NCBI GenBank assembly: GCA_965224025.1
Contig: OZ245033.1
Location: forward strand, 3,232,001 to 3,296,000
Reading direction: 5' to 3'
Length of the DNA: 64,000 nt
Origin: Candidatus Multivorans sp.
GTDB lineage: Bacteria; Acidobacteriota; Thermoanaerobaculia; Multivoradales; Multivoraceae
Under the pieces are notes generated by a model. The model made no database searches and was not told the DNA's origin. It was given only the letters and a program-made list of their open reading frames with translations. Positions 1 to 12,396 of this stretch are shown here, one piece after another; position 1 is the first letter of the stretch; every line of letters starts with the position of its first letter. A program made the position numbers and the translations under genes.

Positions 1-1
1 A

Positions 2-1141
2 AGGAGAAGTCAGGATGCGGAATCCGTGGACGGTCCGTTCCGATACTCCACAAACCTGTTTTTGGGAGAAGATGCTTCGACGGACAGTGGCGCTTGGAGG
101 TTGTACTTGAAGAATCATGGTTCTGGCGGCCCGATTAGACTGAGGTCGTGGGGTCTTGTGATCTACGGGCATGGAAGGGAGTCTGTTACGCCGAGTAATT
201 CGGATGTTCTGGATAGCGTCAGTCGATTGCTTGCTGAGCCTGAACCTGAGCCTGAACCTGAGCCTGAGCCTGAACCTGAGCCTGAACCTGAGCCTGAACC
301 TGAACCTGAGGAACACTGCAGTACGCATATTTCGCCGTATTGGCAAGGCAACGGCGGATTCGCAGTGAGGCCCGCCAATGGCAGGTCAGTAAAGGTGGAG
401 ATTAGTTGCAGCGGGCTGAGTGTTAGCGAGACTCTTTACGCTAGAGACGACGGACGCATCGTTCAGCTTCTGGATAAGCCGATATGCGTGGCGGACGACG
501 GGAGACCGATTCAGGGTGATGTGCGGTTTGAGGGAGCGCGAAGCGATGGCTGGTACTGGATCAATGGAGATATGAACGCAGCGGTGTCGTCTCTGGTGTG
601 TGAATCGAAGACTGGACAGTTTCGTGCGCTTGATCCTGGCGGTATTGAGGTTCGTACGGGTTCGGGCGGAACGTTCGTCTCTCATCATCGGAGCGGACTG
701 ATTGGGATCGTTCCGCATGGTATGAGGAGTGGCGACGACACCTACGTTGCTCCGTTCTGGCGGGGCTGGGGCGGTGTCGTTGTCAAGCCGGTTGAGGGAG
801 GGACTGCTGAGATCACGGTTCGATGCGGTTCGGGGGCGGAGACCTATTACCGTGAGCCGGACGGGAATGGAGTGGTTGCGGTGCTGTCACGCAACGAGGC
901 GTGTAAGGATGGAGACGGGAAGCCACTGCGGGGATCGCTTGAGGTCAGAAACGTGGAGCCGGGCGGCTGGTACTGGGTCACCGGCGGGAAGAATGCGGCC
1001 GCTTCGGCACTTGTGCCGAAGAACAAACTGGGCAGCGTGGAAGCCGTTGACCCCACCGGACTGCTGATCGAGAGGAGCAAGGGTGGAACACTGTTCACCC
1101 ACGAACCGACGAAGCTGATTGGGATCGTTCCCCATCAGTAG
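2..1141 (+). CDS. 3' part of a probable subtilase-type protein: end of a proprotein-convertase P-domain, a (PE)n linker, then two tandem ~130-aa unknown domains; the 5' end lies outside the window
   Basis: The frame is open from the window start. GEDAS...GAWRLYLKN...LRSWGLVIYGH resembles a P-domain C-terminus. It is followed by an EPEPEP linker and an internal duplication (PYWQGNGG...WYWING..NAA...DPGG...GLIGIVPH vs PFWRGWGG...WYWVTG..NAA...DPTG...KLIGIVPH). Confidence 0.65.
   Translation, partial: RRSQDAESVDGPFRYSTNLFLGEDASTDSGAWRLYLKNHGSGGPIRLRSWGLVIYGHGRESVTPSNSDVLDSVSRLLAEPEPEPEPEPEPEPEPEPEPEPEPEEHCSTHISPYWQGNGGFAVRPANGRSVKVEISCSGLSVSETLYARDDGRIVQLLDKPICVADDGRPIQGDVRFEGARSDGWYWINGDMNAAVSSLVCESKTGQFRALDPGGIEVRTGSGGTFVSHHRSGLIGIVPHGMRSGDDTYVAPFWRGWGGVVVKPVEGGTAEITVRCGSGAETYYREPDGNGVVAVLSRNEACKDGDGKPLRGSLEVRNVEPGGWYWVTGGKNAAASALVPKNKLGSVEAVDPTGLLIERSKGGTLFTHEPTKLIGIVPHQ
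236..310 (+). repeat. Coding hexamer tandem repeat GA(G/A)CCT, about 12 copies, encoding a Glu-Pro linker
   Basis: gagcctgaacctgagcctgaacct... read directly. Confidence 0.95.
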
Positions 1142-1234
1142 GAACAGTCGCGGCGTACGGTCTTCCCGATCGGGGTGTTCGGGTGGGTGCCTGGCCGTCT
1201 GGAGGAGTCGGGCGTGGAGACGCCGGCGGGAGTC

Positions 1235-4060
<2,826 letters not shown>

Positions 4061-4169
4061 CGACTCGTTTCGGGGGGAAGACGCGGCGCTAGCGCCGCCG
4101 GACGGCTCGCCGATTCGCAGTTCGTGAGTGCCCGGGGCGCGGCACTTTCCGCCGCCGCGACGCTACCCG

Positions 4170-5057
4170 CTAACCCTGGTCTCGCATGAACCCGAACGGG
4201 TCGCGGGTGTCGCCGCCGATCCGCACTTCGTAGTGCAGATGGTAGCCGGTCGCCCGTCCGGAGTTGCCAACCCGGCCCAACGTGTCGCCGCGCCGGACCT
4301 CCTGGCCCTCTTCGACCAGGATGTTCGACAGGTGACCGAAACGCGTCTCGTAGCCGAATCGGTGGACCATGTAGACGGCGCGGCCCAGGTTTCCCGCCCT
4401 TTCGGCGCGGACGACGATGCCGTCGGCCGTGGCAAAGACGGGCTGGCCGCGGTCGGCCGAGATGTCGATGCCGTCGTGGTGGGAGCGCTGCCCGGTGATC
4501 GGATCGCGGCGGAAGCCGAAGCCGCTGTTGATCACGCCCCGCACCGGCGAGACCATGGGCGTTGAACGGAGCAGGAGGAGGCGATCCTCTACGGCCTCGT
4601 TCACCTCGTCGAGCTGGCCGTCGAGCCGGGAGGCCCGGGCTTCGAGCAGTGAGAGGTCGTGGCTGTTGGGGGCCGTGGGACCCGGGTAGCTGCCGCCGGC
4701 GCCGGTCTCGGACGGGCGGTTCTCCGGCTCGCCGCCGACCATCTGCTCGAGGCCGGCGACGATCGCGAGATCCCGGGTGCGGTCCTCGGCGTCGGTCAGC
4801 GCCTGCTGCAGGCGCGAGATGCTGGTCTCGAACGAGTCGTTGGCGCGGCGCAGCTCCTCGTTCTCGCGCTCGATGCGGGCGAGGTCGCGGAGTTCCGCCG
4901 CCGACCGCACCTGGGCGACGGTGGCCCAGGTGACAAAGCCCAGTATCAAGACAGCAGCGGCCGCGGCGGTTCTCAGCCAGCCGCTGCTGACGCGGAACTG
5001 CCGCGTCCGCTTCTGCGAGTGCGGAACGAAGACAATCGTGTGGAACCTTGGTCGCAT
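4170..5057 (-). CDS. M23 family metallopeptidase with N-terminal TM helix and coiled coil
   Basis: HDGIDI, FGHLS and GRATGYHLHYEV motifs; start chosen at the ATG of MRPRFH. Confidence 0.92.
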   Translation of the reverse strand: MRPRFHTIVFVPHSQKRTRQFRVSSGWLRTAAAAAVLILGFVTWATVAQVRSAAELRDLARIERENEELRRANDSFETSISRLQQALTDAEDRTRDLAIVAGLEQMVGGEPENRPSETGAGGSYPGPTAPNSHDLSLLEARASRLDGQLDEVNEAVEDRLLLLRSTPMVSPVRGVINSGFGFRRDPITGQRSHHDGIDISADRGQPVFATADGIVVRAERAGNLGRAVYMVHRFGYETRFGHLSNILVEEGQEVRRGDTLGRVGNSGRATGYHLHYEVRIGGDTRDPFGFMRDQG

Positions 5058-5306
5058 GCTGAGGAGAGCCTGTCCGGGGCTGAGTCGCTGCAGGCGTCGA
5101 CCACCGAGGCGCGAGGTATCGAAGAACCCGAATATTATCCCTCTTGGGCGAACCTGTGTCAAGAGTCCAGACCCCCGTGGGGCGGCGTGTACGGGGTCGA
5201 TCGAGGCACTTTAGCAGCAAACGCCGGGAGTCGTCCCGGGAGTCGTCAGGGGGGCGGCCGGACGGGGCGGAGGGGAAGCCCCGCCCGACCGCCTTCCGCT
5301 TCGACG

Positions 5307-6824
5307 TCACGGTCCGCCGCGATCCAGTGGCCGGTACTGGATCGCTTCCGCAACGTGAGTGACGTCGACCTTGGGGGACTCGTCCAGGTCGGCGATGGTG
5401 CGAGCGACCTTGAGCGCGCGGGTCAGAGCCCGGGCGGACATCGCCAGGCGTTCGAACGCGGCGTCGATGAGGCTCTGCGCGGCGGTCGTCGGCCGGCAGT
5501 GCCGGTCGAGGTCCCGGCGCGCCATCGCGCTGTTCAGGGGCGTCGGATGTCCGGCGGGGAACCGGGACGCCTGGGTACGGCGGGCCGCCTTGACCCGCTC
5601 GGCGATCGAGGCTGAAGTCTCGCAGGCCGGCCCCTTCAGCTCCTCGAGGCTGGGTACCGGCATTTCGATGTGGAGATCGATGCGGTCGAGCAGAGGTCCC
5701 GAGAGCTGACGGCGGTAGCGGTCGATGTCCCGGGGCGCACAGACGCATTCCGCGCGGGGATCTCCAAGATGGCCGCAGCGGCAGGGGTTGCAGGCGGCTA
5801 CCAGTGTGAAGCGCGCCGGGAAGGTGAGCCTGGCCTGAGCCCTGACGACCGTGACGATGCCGTCCTCGAGCGGCTGGCGCAATGCCTCCAGCGCGTCGCG
5901 TCGGAACTCGGGCAGTTCGTCGAGGAACAGCACGCCGCCGTGAGCAAGGCTGATCTCTCCCGGTCTCGGCATGGCGCCGCCGCCGATCAGCCCGGACGAG
6001 GACACCCCCGCGTGCGGGCTGCGGAAGGGGCGTGTCCACAGCAGTCGATTGCCGCGGGCGGCGCCGGACAGGGAGTGGATCTTGGTTACCGTGATCGCTT
6101 CGGCCTCACTGAGCGGAGGCAGGATGCCGGGGAGCCGGCGGGCGAGCATCGTCTTGCCGGTGCCCGGCGGCCCCACGAAGAGGACGTTGTGTCCGCCGGC
6201 GGCGGCGATCTCGAGCGCCCGCTTGGCGGTTTCCTGGCCCCGGACATCGGAGAAGTCCGGAGTCGCGCCGTTGGTGTCGCTACGGGGGAGCGGAATCGCC
6301 GGGCCGATGACCAGGTCGTCGCTCAGGTGCTGGATCGCGTCCCGCAGATGGGTGATCGGTACCACCGGCGTCCCGGACAGCGCCGCGGCCTGCCGGCTGT
6401 TCGCGGCCGGGAGCAGGAGCTCGCGGATGCCGAGCTTGCCGGCCAACTCGGCGACCTGGAGGGCGCCGCGGATCGGACGCACCTCGCCGTCCAGGCCCAG
6501 CTCGCCACAGGCCATCCGGCCCTCCAGCGAGTCGGTCGTCAGTTCGCGGTGGGCGGTGAGGAGACCCAGCGCGATCGGCAGGTCGAGCTGGTTGCCCTCC
6601 TTCTTCAGGTCGGCCGGAGCGAGGTTGATGACCACATTGCGGTTCTTCAGGTCGTAGCCGCTGTTGCGGATCGCCGAACGCACCCGGTCCCGACTCTCGC
6701 GAACCGCGGTATCGGGCAGCCCGATCAACTGCATCGCGGGCAGACCGAAGTCGGCCCCGACTTCCACCTGGACCTCCCGCGCCTCGATGCCCCAGGGCGT
6801 CGCGGAACTCATGTAAGCGATCAC
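5307..6824 (-). CDS. comM: YifB/ComM Mg-chelatase-like AAA+ ATPase
   Basis: GLPDTAVRESRDRV, INLAPADLKKEG, GPPGTGKTMLARRL, PGEISLAHGGVLFLDELPEF, SGPLLDRIDL. Confidence 0.95.
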   Translation of the reverse strand: MIAYMSSATPWGIEAREVQVEVGADFGLPAMQLIGLPDTAVRESRDRVRSAIRNSGYDLKNRNVVINLAPADLKKEGNQLDLPIALGLLTAHRELTTDSLEGRMACGELGLDGEVRPIRGALQVAELAGKLGIRELLLPAANSRQAAALSGTPVVPITHLRDAIQHLSDDLVIGPAIPLPRSDTNGATPDFSDVRGQETAKRALEIAAAGGHNVLFVGPPGTGKTMLARRLPGILPPLSEAEAITVTKIHSLSGAARGNRLLWTRPFRSPHAGVSSSGLIGGGAMPRPGEISLAHGGVLFLDELPEFRRDALEALRQPLEDGIVTVVRAQARLTFPARFTLVAACNPCRCGHLGDPRAECVCAPRDIDRYRRQLSGPLLDRIDLHIEMPVPSLEELKGPACETSASIAERVKAARRTQASRFPAGHPTPLNSAMARRDLDRHCRPTTAAQSLIDAAFERLAMSARALTRALKVARTIADLDESPKVDVTHVAEAIQYRPLDRGGP

Positions 6825-7036
6825 ATGGACTTAGACGGAAAACGGCGCCCGGAACCTCGATCCGGCTCTGGCCGGCATCCGCGCGCGCCGTACCCGCTGC
6901 CGGGTTCTGGGCGTTCCGCCCCCTGAACGCAGTGAGAGCGCAGCACTGCACCGGGAGTACCTTCCAGACCCTAATCGTCACTTCGTAGGACTCGGAAGTG
7001 CTGGTTATACAAGGGTTATAGGCCATTCAGAGTACA

Positions 7037-7194
7037 GAGACCGGCGTTCGGCGCGATGTCGCCGAGGCGTGTCTAGCTCACGTCGTGAGGGATCGGACGG
7101 AAGCGGCCTACGCTCGATCAGACCTTTCGCGCAGCGCCGCGAGGTCATGCGGGACTGGGCCGACTACGTCGGCGGAGTAACGCCGGCCGCCTGA
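7037..7194 (+). pseudogene. C-terminal fragment of a P4-like tyrosine integrase, with one frameshift
   Basis: Manual translation: ETGVRRDVAEACLAHVVRDRTEAAYARSDL /fs/ FAQRREVMRDWADYV. This matches the E..LAH......AY.RSDL...RR..M..WADY box that carries the catalytic Tyr. Confidence 0.8.
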
Positions 7195-7639
7195 AGGGCG
7201 GACAGCGGAAGCTCGTAACGACGACGGCGCAGCAGAGTTGGAGGAGGAAGCGATGGACCTTGCGGCCGACGCCGGCATCAACACAAGGGACTACGGCCTG
7301 TGGCAGAGGGGGGAGGTCGAGCAGTGGCACCAGATCGAGCTTGTCGAGCTACATGGAGGCAAGATCGTCCACGGCCGCCCGCTGCCGGTCTTGAGGGAGT
7401 GGTGATTCCGGCTTCGTGACCGGCGATCCCGTGGCCAACTGGCCACGCGCCATCTTGTCCGGTGGTGTGCACAATGGAAGACGTGCACGCAACACCGATG
7501 CATCGAAGCGCCGCGGTGGGAGGGGACTACGGCTGTCGACGTGACGCGCTGCCGCTTCGACTTCGACCGACGCGACCGCGGCGTCGAGAACTGGATCCCC
7601 GTCGCCGAGGTCCGATGGCCGGTCGACCGCCACCACATG

Positions 7640-8115
7640 CTGACCTTGCAGGACGGCGAGGGGGTTCGACGGTCGCGGCCGCGGTCGCCGATGCGGTGCT
7701 GCGGGGCCGCTCCAGCAGGCGCGGGCCGAGTCCGTGGTCGTCGCTTCGAGCTTCGACCAAGCGAGGCTGACGTTCGATCACGTCCTCGCGTTCGGCGACT
7801 ACCGCGACAACCGGGCGCGGTGGCGGATCAACGACACGGCCAACCGGGCGTCGATCGAGGACCGACGGACGGGCTGTCGGGTCCGGTGCGTGGGCAGCGA
7901 TCCGCGGCGCGCTCACGGCCCGCGCCGGCGTTGGTCCTGGCCGACGAGCCGGCGCAGTGGGAGCCGACGAAGAGCGACGCCATGTACGCGGCGTTGTTGA
8001 CCGCGATGGGGAAGATCCCGGGCGCGCGGATGGTCGCGTTCGGAACCCGTCCAGCCGACCCCGACCACTGGTTCGGCAAGCTGTTGGCCGGCGGGGCCGC
8101 GTACGCGCAGGTACA
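7640..8115 (+). pseudogene. Phage terminase large subunit fragment, frameshifted and truncated
   Basis: Across frames: degenerate Walker A region GGSTVAAAVA, ESVVVASSFDQARLTFDHV, SDPRRAHG, Walker B LVLADEPAQW, and GTRP..PDHWF. Confidence 0.7.
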
Positions 8116-8481
8116 TCGCGACCAGCTCGTACAGCACATGGTCGCGGCCTGCGGCGTTCGCGTCGACCTGGTGAGCAGTTCGGACGGCACCGGCGCGCGC
8201 GAGGGCTGGCGTCGGTTCCCGTTCGGCAGCGTCGTTCCGCTCGGCCGACTCGTGAGCGCCGAGCTGGCCGACAAGCTCGACATGCCGGGACTGACGCTCG
8301 CTTGGGACGAACTACGGGCCGCGGACGTTACGGGGCGGCCAGGGCCTTCCAGAGCCTCAGAGGCGGCGGAATGGCCGCTCAGGCGGCCGCACGGGTCGCC
8401 GGGTTCGAGGGCCTGACCGACGCCGACTTCGAGACGCCGGCCAGTAGCCAAGTCGGCCACGACCCGCCGGACGACAACTGA
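8116..8481 (+). pseudogene. Probable phage portal protein C-terminal fragment, joined in-frame to the TerL fragment
   Basis: VAACGV..DL..SDGTGAREGWRRF..GSVVPLGRLVSAELADKL...AADVTG /fs/ ARAFQSL..GGM resembles portal C-termini. Confidence 0.55.
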
Positions 8482-8529
8482 GCGCCGGAAACCGTAGATT
8501 CTTCAAGGACTTCCGGCTCTTCAAGCGAA

Positions 8530-8559
8530 TGAGAGCGCAGGCGTGAACCTGCGCTCTCA
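8530..8559. terminator. Perfect 12-bp-stem hairpin at the right edge of the phage remnant
   Basis: TGAGAGCGCAGG-CGTGAA-CCTGCGCTCTCA; there is no U-tract, so the function is uncertain. Confidence 0.4.
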
Positions 8560-8817
8560 GGGTGTCCCCGGCCTGGATGGATGCGTTTTCGCGGTGGGCG
8601 TCGGGCGCCCGCTGGGCCTCGACTCGTTCTCGTTGGCCTCGGCGCGTCCGGTTCGGATCGACGATCCGACGGACGCTCGGGCGATTCAGGCGACGGTCGA
8701 GCGGCCGGATGGCATTCGTCCACTCAGGCTGCGGACTTGGCGGCCCCCGGCTTGGCGCTCTGGGCGGTTTGCCTCAGGCGGGCCGGGGGCGGGAGATGGC
8801 CCGGCGGTGTCATGGCG

Positions 8818-8892
8818 CCTCCTTCCGTTGCATCGGTGGAATCACGGTAAGGGGCCGCAACGGGAGTTGTCAAGCGTCCGACCGGTCGGACG
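8818..8892 (-). promoter_or_regulatory. Sigma70-like promoter (TTGACA-18-TACCGT) with RBS AAGGAGG and an adjacent 18-bp perfect palindrome
   Basis: Minus strand: TTGACA at 8873-8868, TACCGT at 8849-8844, AAGGAGG at 8824-8818, ATG at 8813. Palindrome CGTCCGACCGGTCGGACG at 8875-8892. Confidence 0.55.
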
Positions 8893-9077
8893 GTCGCGGG
8901 GACCTGGGGGCCGCTGCTGGCGTACACTTGCCCCGATACACCGGGTGCCATCCGCACGCCCGATGACGTGCGTCCGGATGGTTCGCGGGTGGCGCGGATC
9001 GCGCCACCAGGTGCGGAGGGGGTGCCGTCACGGTTCGGGCCGGGTTCAGGAAGCGTTGCCTGACTCTCTTTCTGCGT

Positions 9078-10538
9078 TTGCTGGCGAGGCTGTTCTTCCG
9101 CGGCGTCGAGGTCACGGGAAGCGAGAACGTGCCGCGAGACGGCGGCGGCCTGCTCGTCGCCTGGCATCCCAACGGACTCGCCGACGGCGTCCTGGTCCTC
9201 GGGTTCTGCCCCCGGCCGGTGACCTTCGGAGCCCGTCACGGTCTGTTCCGCATCCCCGTGGTGGGCTGGCTGCTGCGCGGCGTCGGCGCGGTGCCGCTCT
9301 ACCGGGCTCGGGATCGCGGCGAAACGGGCGCGTTCACAAGCGACGAGGAACGCCGGGCGGCGAACCACCGGAGTCTTGGCGCCCTTGCGGATGCGGCCCG
9401 GCACTCCTTCGTCGCCGTTTTCCCGGAGGGGGCCACGCACGACGAGCCGAACCTGCTCGAGTTGCGGGCCGGAGCGGCTCGGTTGTTCCAACTGGCCCGC
9501 GAAGGTGGCGGAGACCTGGCGCTGGTGCCGGTGGGGCTGCACTACGAGCGGAAGCATGCGTTTCGCTCCCGGGCTCTGGTGGCCTTTCACGAACCCGTCG
9601 AGTTGCCGGCCGATCTCCGCGTCGGCGACGGGGACGCAGCGGAGGGCACGGGTGACTCGGCTACGGACACGTTCGTCGACCGCCTGACCGGCGTGATCGA
9701 ACGGCAACTGATCGAGGTCACCCACCCGACGCAGAGCTGGGGCATTCACCGGGCGATGGAGAGGGTGCGGTCTCTGGTGCGCGCCGAGGGCGCCGCGCGG
9801 GCGGGCGAGCGGCTGCGGCGGGCGCCGATGGACGAACGGGATCAGGGCTTTGCCCGCGTCTGGGCCGGCTACAGCACCCAGCGCGCCGTCGATCCGGAGG
9901 GGACGAGGCTGCTCACGCGCAGGGTGACGCGCTACGACGAAGCGCTGCGACTGCTGGGACTGAACGACCGGGAACTGGACGGCGCACCGCTGGCGCGGAC
10001 GGCGCTGCGCTTGGCGCTGCTCGGCGCCGAGGCGCTGGTCATGCTGCTGCTCCTGCCGACCGTTGTGCTGGTCGGCAACCTGATCAACCTGCCGGCGGCG
10101 CTGCTGGTGGTGCTCGGCGCGAAGAAGCTCTCGAAGACGAGGAAGGAGCAGGCGGGACTCAAGATGGTGCTCGGTCTCGTCATTCTGCCGACGGCGTGGA
10201 TCGTCGCGAGCTTCGCGGTCGGTATCGCCTGGACCGAGCCGTTGCCGGGATTCGACTGGGTGCCCGAATCCTTGTGGGCGCGCGTCGCCGGGATGCTCGG
10301 ATTGTGCGCCGTGTCGGCGTTGCTCGGCCTTCGCTACCATCGCCTGATCGCCGAACTCGGTCACGGTCTGCGGGCGCTGTGGACGGTGGGTCTGCGCACC
10401 GGAACGGTGAAGCGCCTGCGCCGGCGACGCGCCGAACTGTACGACGAGGTGGTCGGGCTGGCGGCGGATCTCGAACCGGCCGGAGACGGGGCGCCGGAAG
10501 AGAGAGCCGGGGCCGGTTTGGCGGATTCCGGGGCCTGA
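9078..10538 (+). CDS. PlsC-type (lyso)phospholipid acyltransferase with C-terminal TM helices; the true start may be slightly upstream
   Basis: HX4D motif (WHPNGLAD), FPEG motif, hydrophobic C-terminal segments. Confidence 0.85.
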   Translation: MLARLFFRGVEVTGSENVPRDGGGLLVAWHPNGLADGVLVLGFCPRPVTFGARHGLFRIPVVGWLLRGVGAVPLYRARDRGETGAFTSDEERRAANHRSLGALADAARHSFVAVFPEGATHDEPNLLELRAGAARLFQLAREGGGDLALVPVGLHYERKHAFRSRALVAFHEPVELPADLRVGDGDAAEGTGDSATDTFVDRLTGVIERQLIEVTHPTQSWGIHRAMERVRSLVRAEGAARAGERLRRAPMDERDQGFARVWAGYSTQRAVDPEGTRLLTRRVTRYDEALRLLGLNDRELDGAPLARTALRLALLGAEALVMLLLLPTVVLVGNLINLPAALLVVLGAKKLSKTRKEQAGLKMVLGLVILPTAWIVASFAVGIAWTEPLPGFDWVPESLWARVAGMLGLCAVSALLGLRYHRLIAELGHGLRALWTVGLRTGTVKRLRRRRAELYDEVVGLAADLEPAGDGAPEERAGAGLADSGA

Positions 10539-10569
10539 AGATCATGGGGACTGGTAGTCTGCCGCCGTT

Positions 10570-10938
10570 GTGCGGCCGTCCGTCGTTCTTCTCGTGCTGC
10601 TCGCTGCCGGAGGCGTAGCCGCGGCAGCGCTCGTGTTGCTGCGGGTGCGGCAGCGGATCCACGCTCTGCGGCTCGAGGTGACCCGGGTTGCGACGTTGTG
10701 CGGCGCGCTGGAGAACAGGATCGACGGGATGTCGGATCGGGCGGCGGAGGTCGAAGAAGCGCTCTTCTTCGAGTTGTATCCGGCGGAGGTGCTGCCGTTG
10801 ATCGACAAGCTCGATCGGGGCGGCCGGCTGGCCGAGGGCGCGGCCGAGCGCCTGCGCCGCCTGACGCTGGAGATACGCGCGGAAGCTTGGTCCGACCACG
10901 GGGCGGACGTCGGTCTCACGCTTCCACGAGCGACATAG
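10570..10938 (+). CDS. Small hypothetical protein with N-terminal TM helix; paralog of 12065-12394
   Basis: Fills the gap in the operon; shares the motif LPLI..LD..G.L..GAA.RLR...L.IRAEA with the second small ORF. Confidence 0.7.
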   Translation: MRPSVVLLVLLAAGGVAAAALVLLRVRQRIHALRLEVTRVATLCGALENRIDGMSDRAAEVEEALFFELYPAEVLPLIDKLDRGGRLAEGAAERLRRLTLEIRAEAWSDHGADVGLTLPRAT

Positions 10939-10947
10939 CGCCGCCCG

Positions 10948-12048
10948 ATGCGCGTCGGCTTCGATGTCGCCAAGGTCTTCGGACCGCGCGACGGCATTGC
11001 CAGCTACACCGCCAGCCTGCTGGACGTGCTGGCGGCTCGGGCGGAGAGCGGCGGCGAGTTCTCGCTGCATCTCTACGCGGGAGACGCCGATGTCGAGCCG
11101 GAGGACTGGGAGCGGGCTCTGGGCCATCTGCCGGGGAGCGCGGTCCGGCATCCGGGTCGTCACCCGGACCGGGACGATCTCGACCTGTTCCACACGACCT
11201 CGTTCACGGACACGGGCTTCTTCGACGGGCCGGTTCTGTTCACCGTCCACGATCTGACCTTCCTTACCCACCCTGAGTGCCACCAGTCGGTCAACCGGGC
11301 CCACTGCCTCCGATCGACGCTGCGCGCGGTGTGGCAGGACGCGACCCTGGCGGTCGATTCACGGGCGACGGCGGACGAGGTGCGGCGCTGGTTCCATGCG
11401 GCGCCCGAGCGGATCCAGGTCGTCTACCCGGCGGCGTCATCGGCGTTCGCCGCACTCGACGGTGCGCAGCTCGCTGCCGCGAAGCGTCGACTCGCCGATC
11501 GCTTCGGGCTCGACGGACCGTTCGTGCTGTCGGTCGGCACGCTCGAACCGCGCAAGAACATCGCTCGGCTGATCGAAGCGTACTCCGGGCTCGACCCGGC
11601 GCTGCGGAAGGGCACGCCCCTGGTGCTGGTGGGGGACGGCGGTTGGAAGCAGGCGGCGACCTTCGCCGGGAAGTGGCCCGAGTACATGCGGCGTCTCGGC
11701 AAGGTCGACGAGCGGGATCTGGTGGCCCTGTACAACGCCGCGTCGGTGGTGGCCTACCCGTCCCTGGTCGAGGGGTTCGGTCTTCCCGTGGTGGAGGCGA
11801 TGGCGTGCGGCACGCCGGTGCTGACTTCGAACGTGTCCTCGCTGGTGGAGGTCGGCGGCGACGCGGCGGTGTGCGTCGATCCCTTCGACGCGGGGGCGAT
11901 TCGGGGTGGTCTGCAGGCTCTGCTTGGGGATCCGTCCCTGCGCCGGCGGTGTCGCGAAGCCGGCTTCCAGCACGCCGCCGGGTTCTCGTGGCGGAAGGCG
12001 GCGGACCAGGTGATCGGTATCTATCGTGAGCTGGCGGGCGGCGACTAG
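10948..12048 (+). CDS. GT4 glycosyltransferase (WbaZ/MtfB-like)
   Basis: TVHDL, VGTLEPRKN, YPSLVEGFGLPVVEAMACGTPV. Confidence 0.95.
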   Translation: MRVGFDVAKVFGPRDGIASYTASLLDVLAARAESGGEFSLHLYAGDADVEPEDWERALGHLPGSAVRHPGRHPDRDDLDLFHTTSFTDTGFFDGPVLFTVHDLTFLTHPECHQSVNRAHCLRSTLRAVWQDATLAVDSRATADEVRRWFHAAPERIQVVYPAASSAFAALDGAQLAAAKRRLADRFGLDGPFVLSVGTLEPRKNIARLIEAYSGLDPALRKGTPLVLVGDGGWKQAATFAGKWPEYMRRLGKVDERDLVALYNAASVVAYPSLVEGFGLPVVEAMACGTPVLTSNVSSLVEVGGDAAVCVDPFDAGAIRGGLQALLGDPSLRRRCREAGFQHAAGFSWRKAADQVIGIYRELAGGD

Positions 12049-12064
12049 GGTACGCTCCCGGTGC

Positions 12065-12394
12065 ATGCGGCAGGTGACCCGGCTCCTGGACCTGCTCCGG
12101 CCCTTCGTCGTGCTGCTGGGGCGCTTCACGCGATCGGGCGCAGCCAGGCCTTTGCGCAGCCTGTTGCGGCAGGTGATCGGCAGAGATCGCTACGAGCGCC
12201 TTCGGCTTGGCGTCTGGCTCGGGACGAAGCAGGCCGTCCGGGTCGATCCGCTTCACGCCGACATCCTCCCGCTGATCGAGCAGCTTGACAGTGAGGGTCA
12301 CTTGATGGCCGGCGCCGCGAAGCGGCTGCGGGCCGTGGCGCTGGGGATCCGGGCCGAGGCGAGACGGGAAGCGCAGGCTTCGAGGCCGGGCTAG
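12065..12394 (+). CDS. Small hypothetical protein; paralog of 10570-10938
   Basis: ILPLIEQLDSEGHLMAGAAKRLRAVALGIRAEA. Confidence 0.7.
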   Translation: MRQVTRLLDLLRPFVVLLGRFTRSGAARPLRSLLRQVIGRDRYERLRLGVWLGTKQAVRVDPLHADILPLIEQLDSEGHLMAGAAKRLRAVALGIRAEARREAQASRPG

Positions 12395-12396
12395 CA

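Noticed and set aside
6830-7036. tRNA/tmRNA attachment site next to the integrase remnant
   Set aside because: I found no cloverleaf or T-loop motif here or elsewhere in the window.
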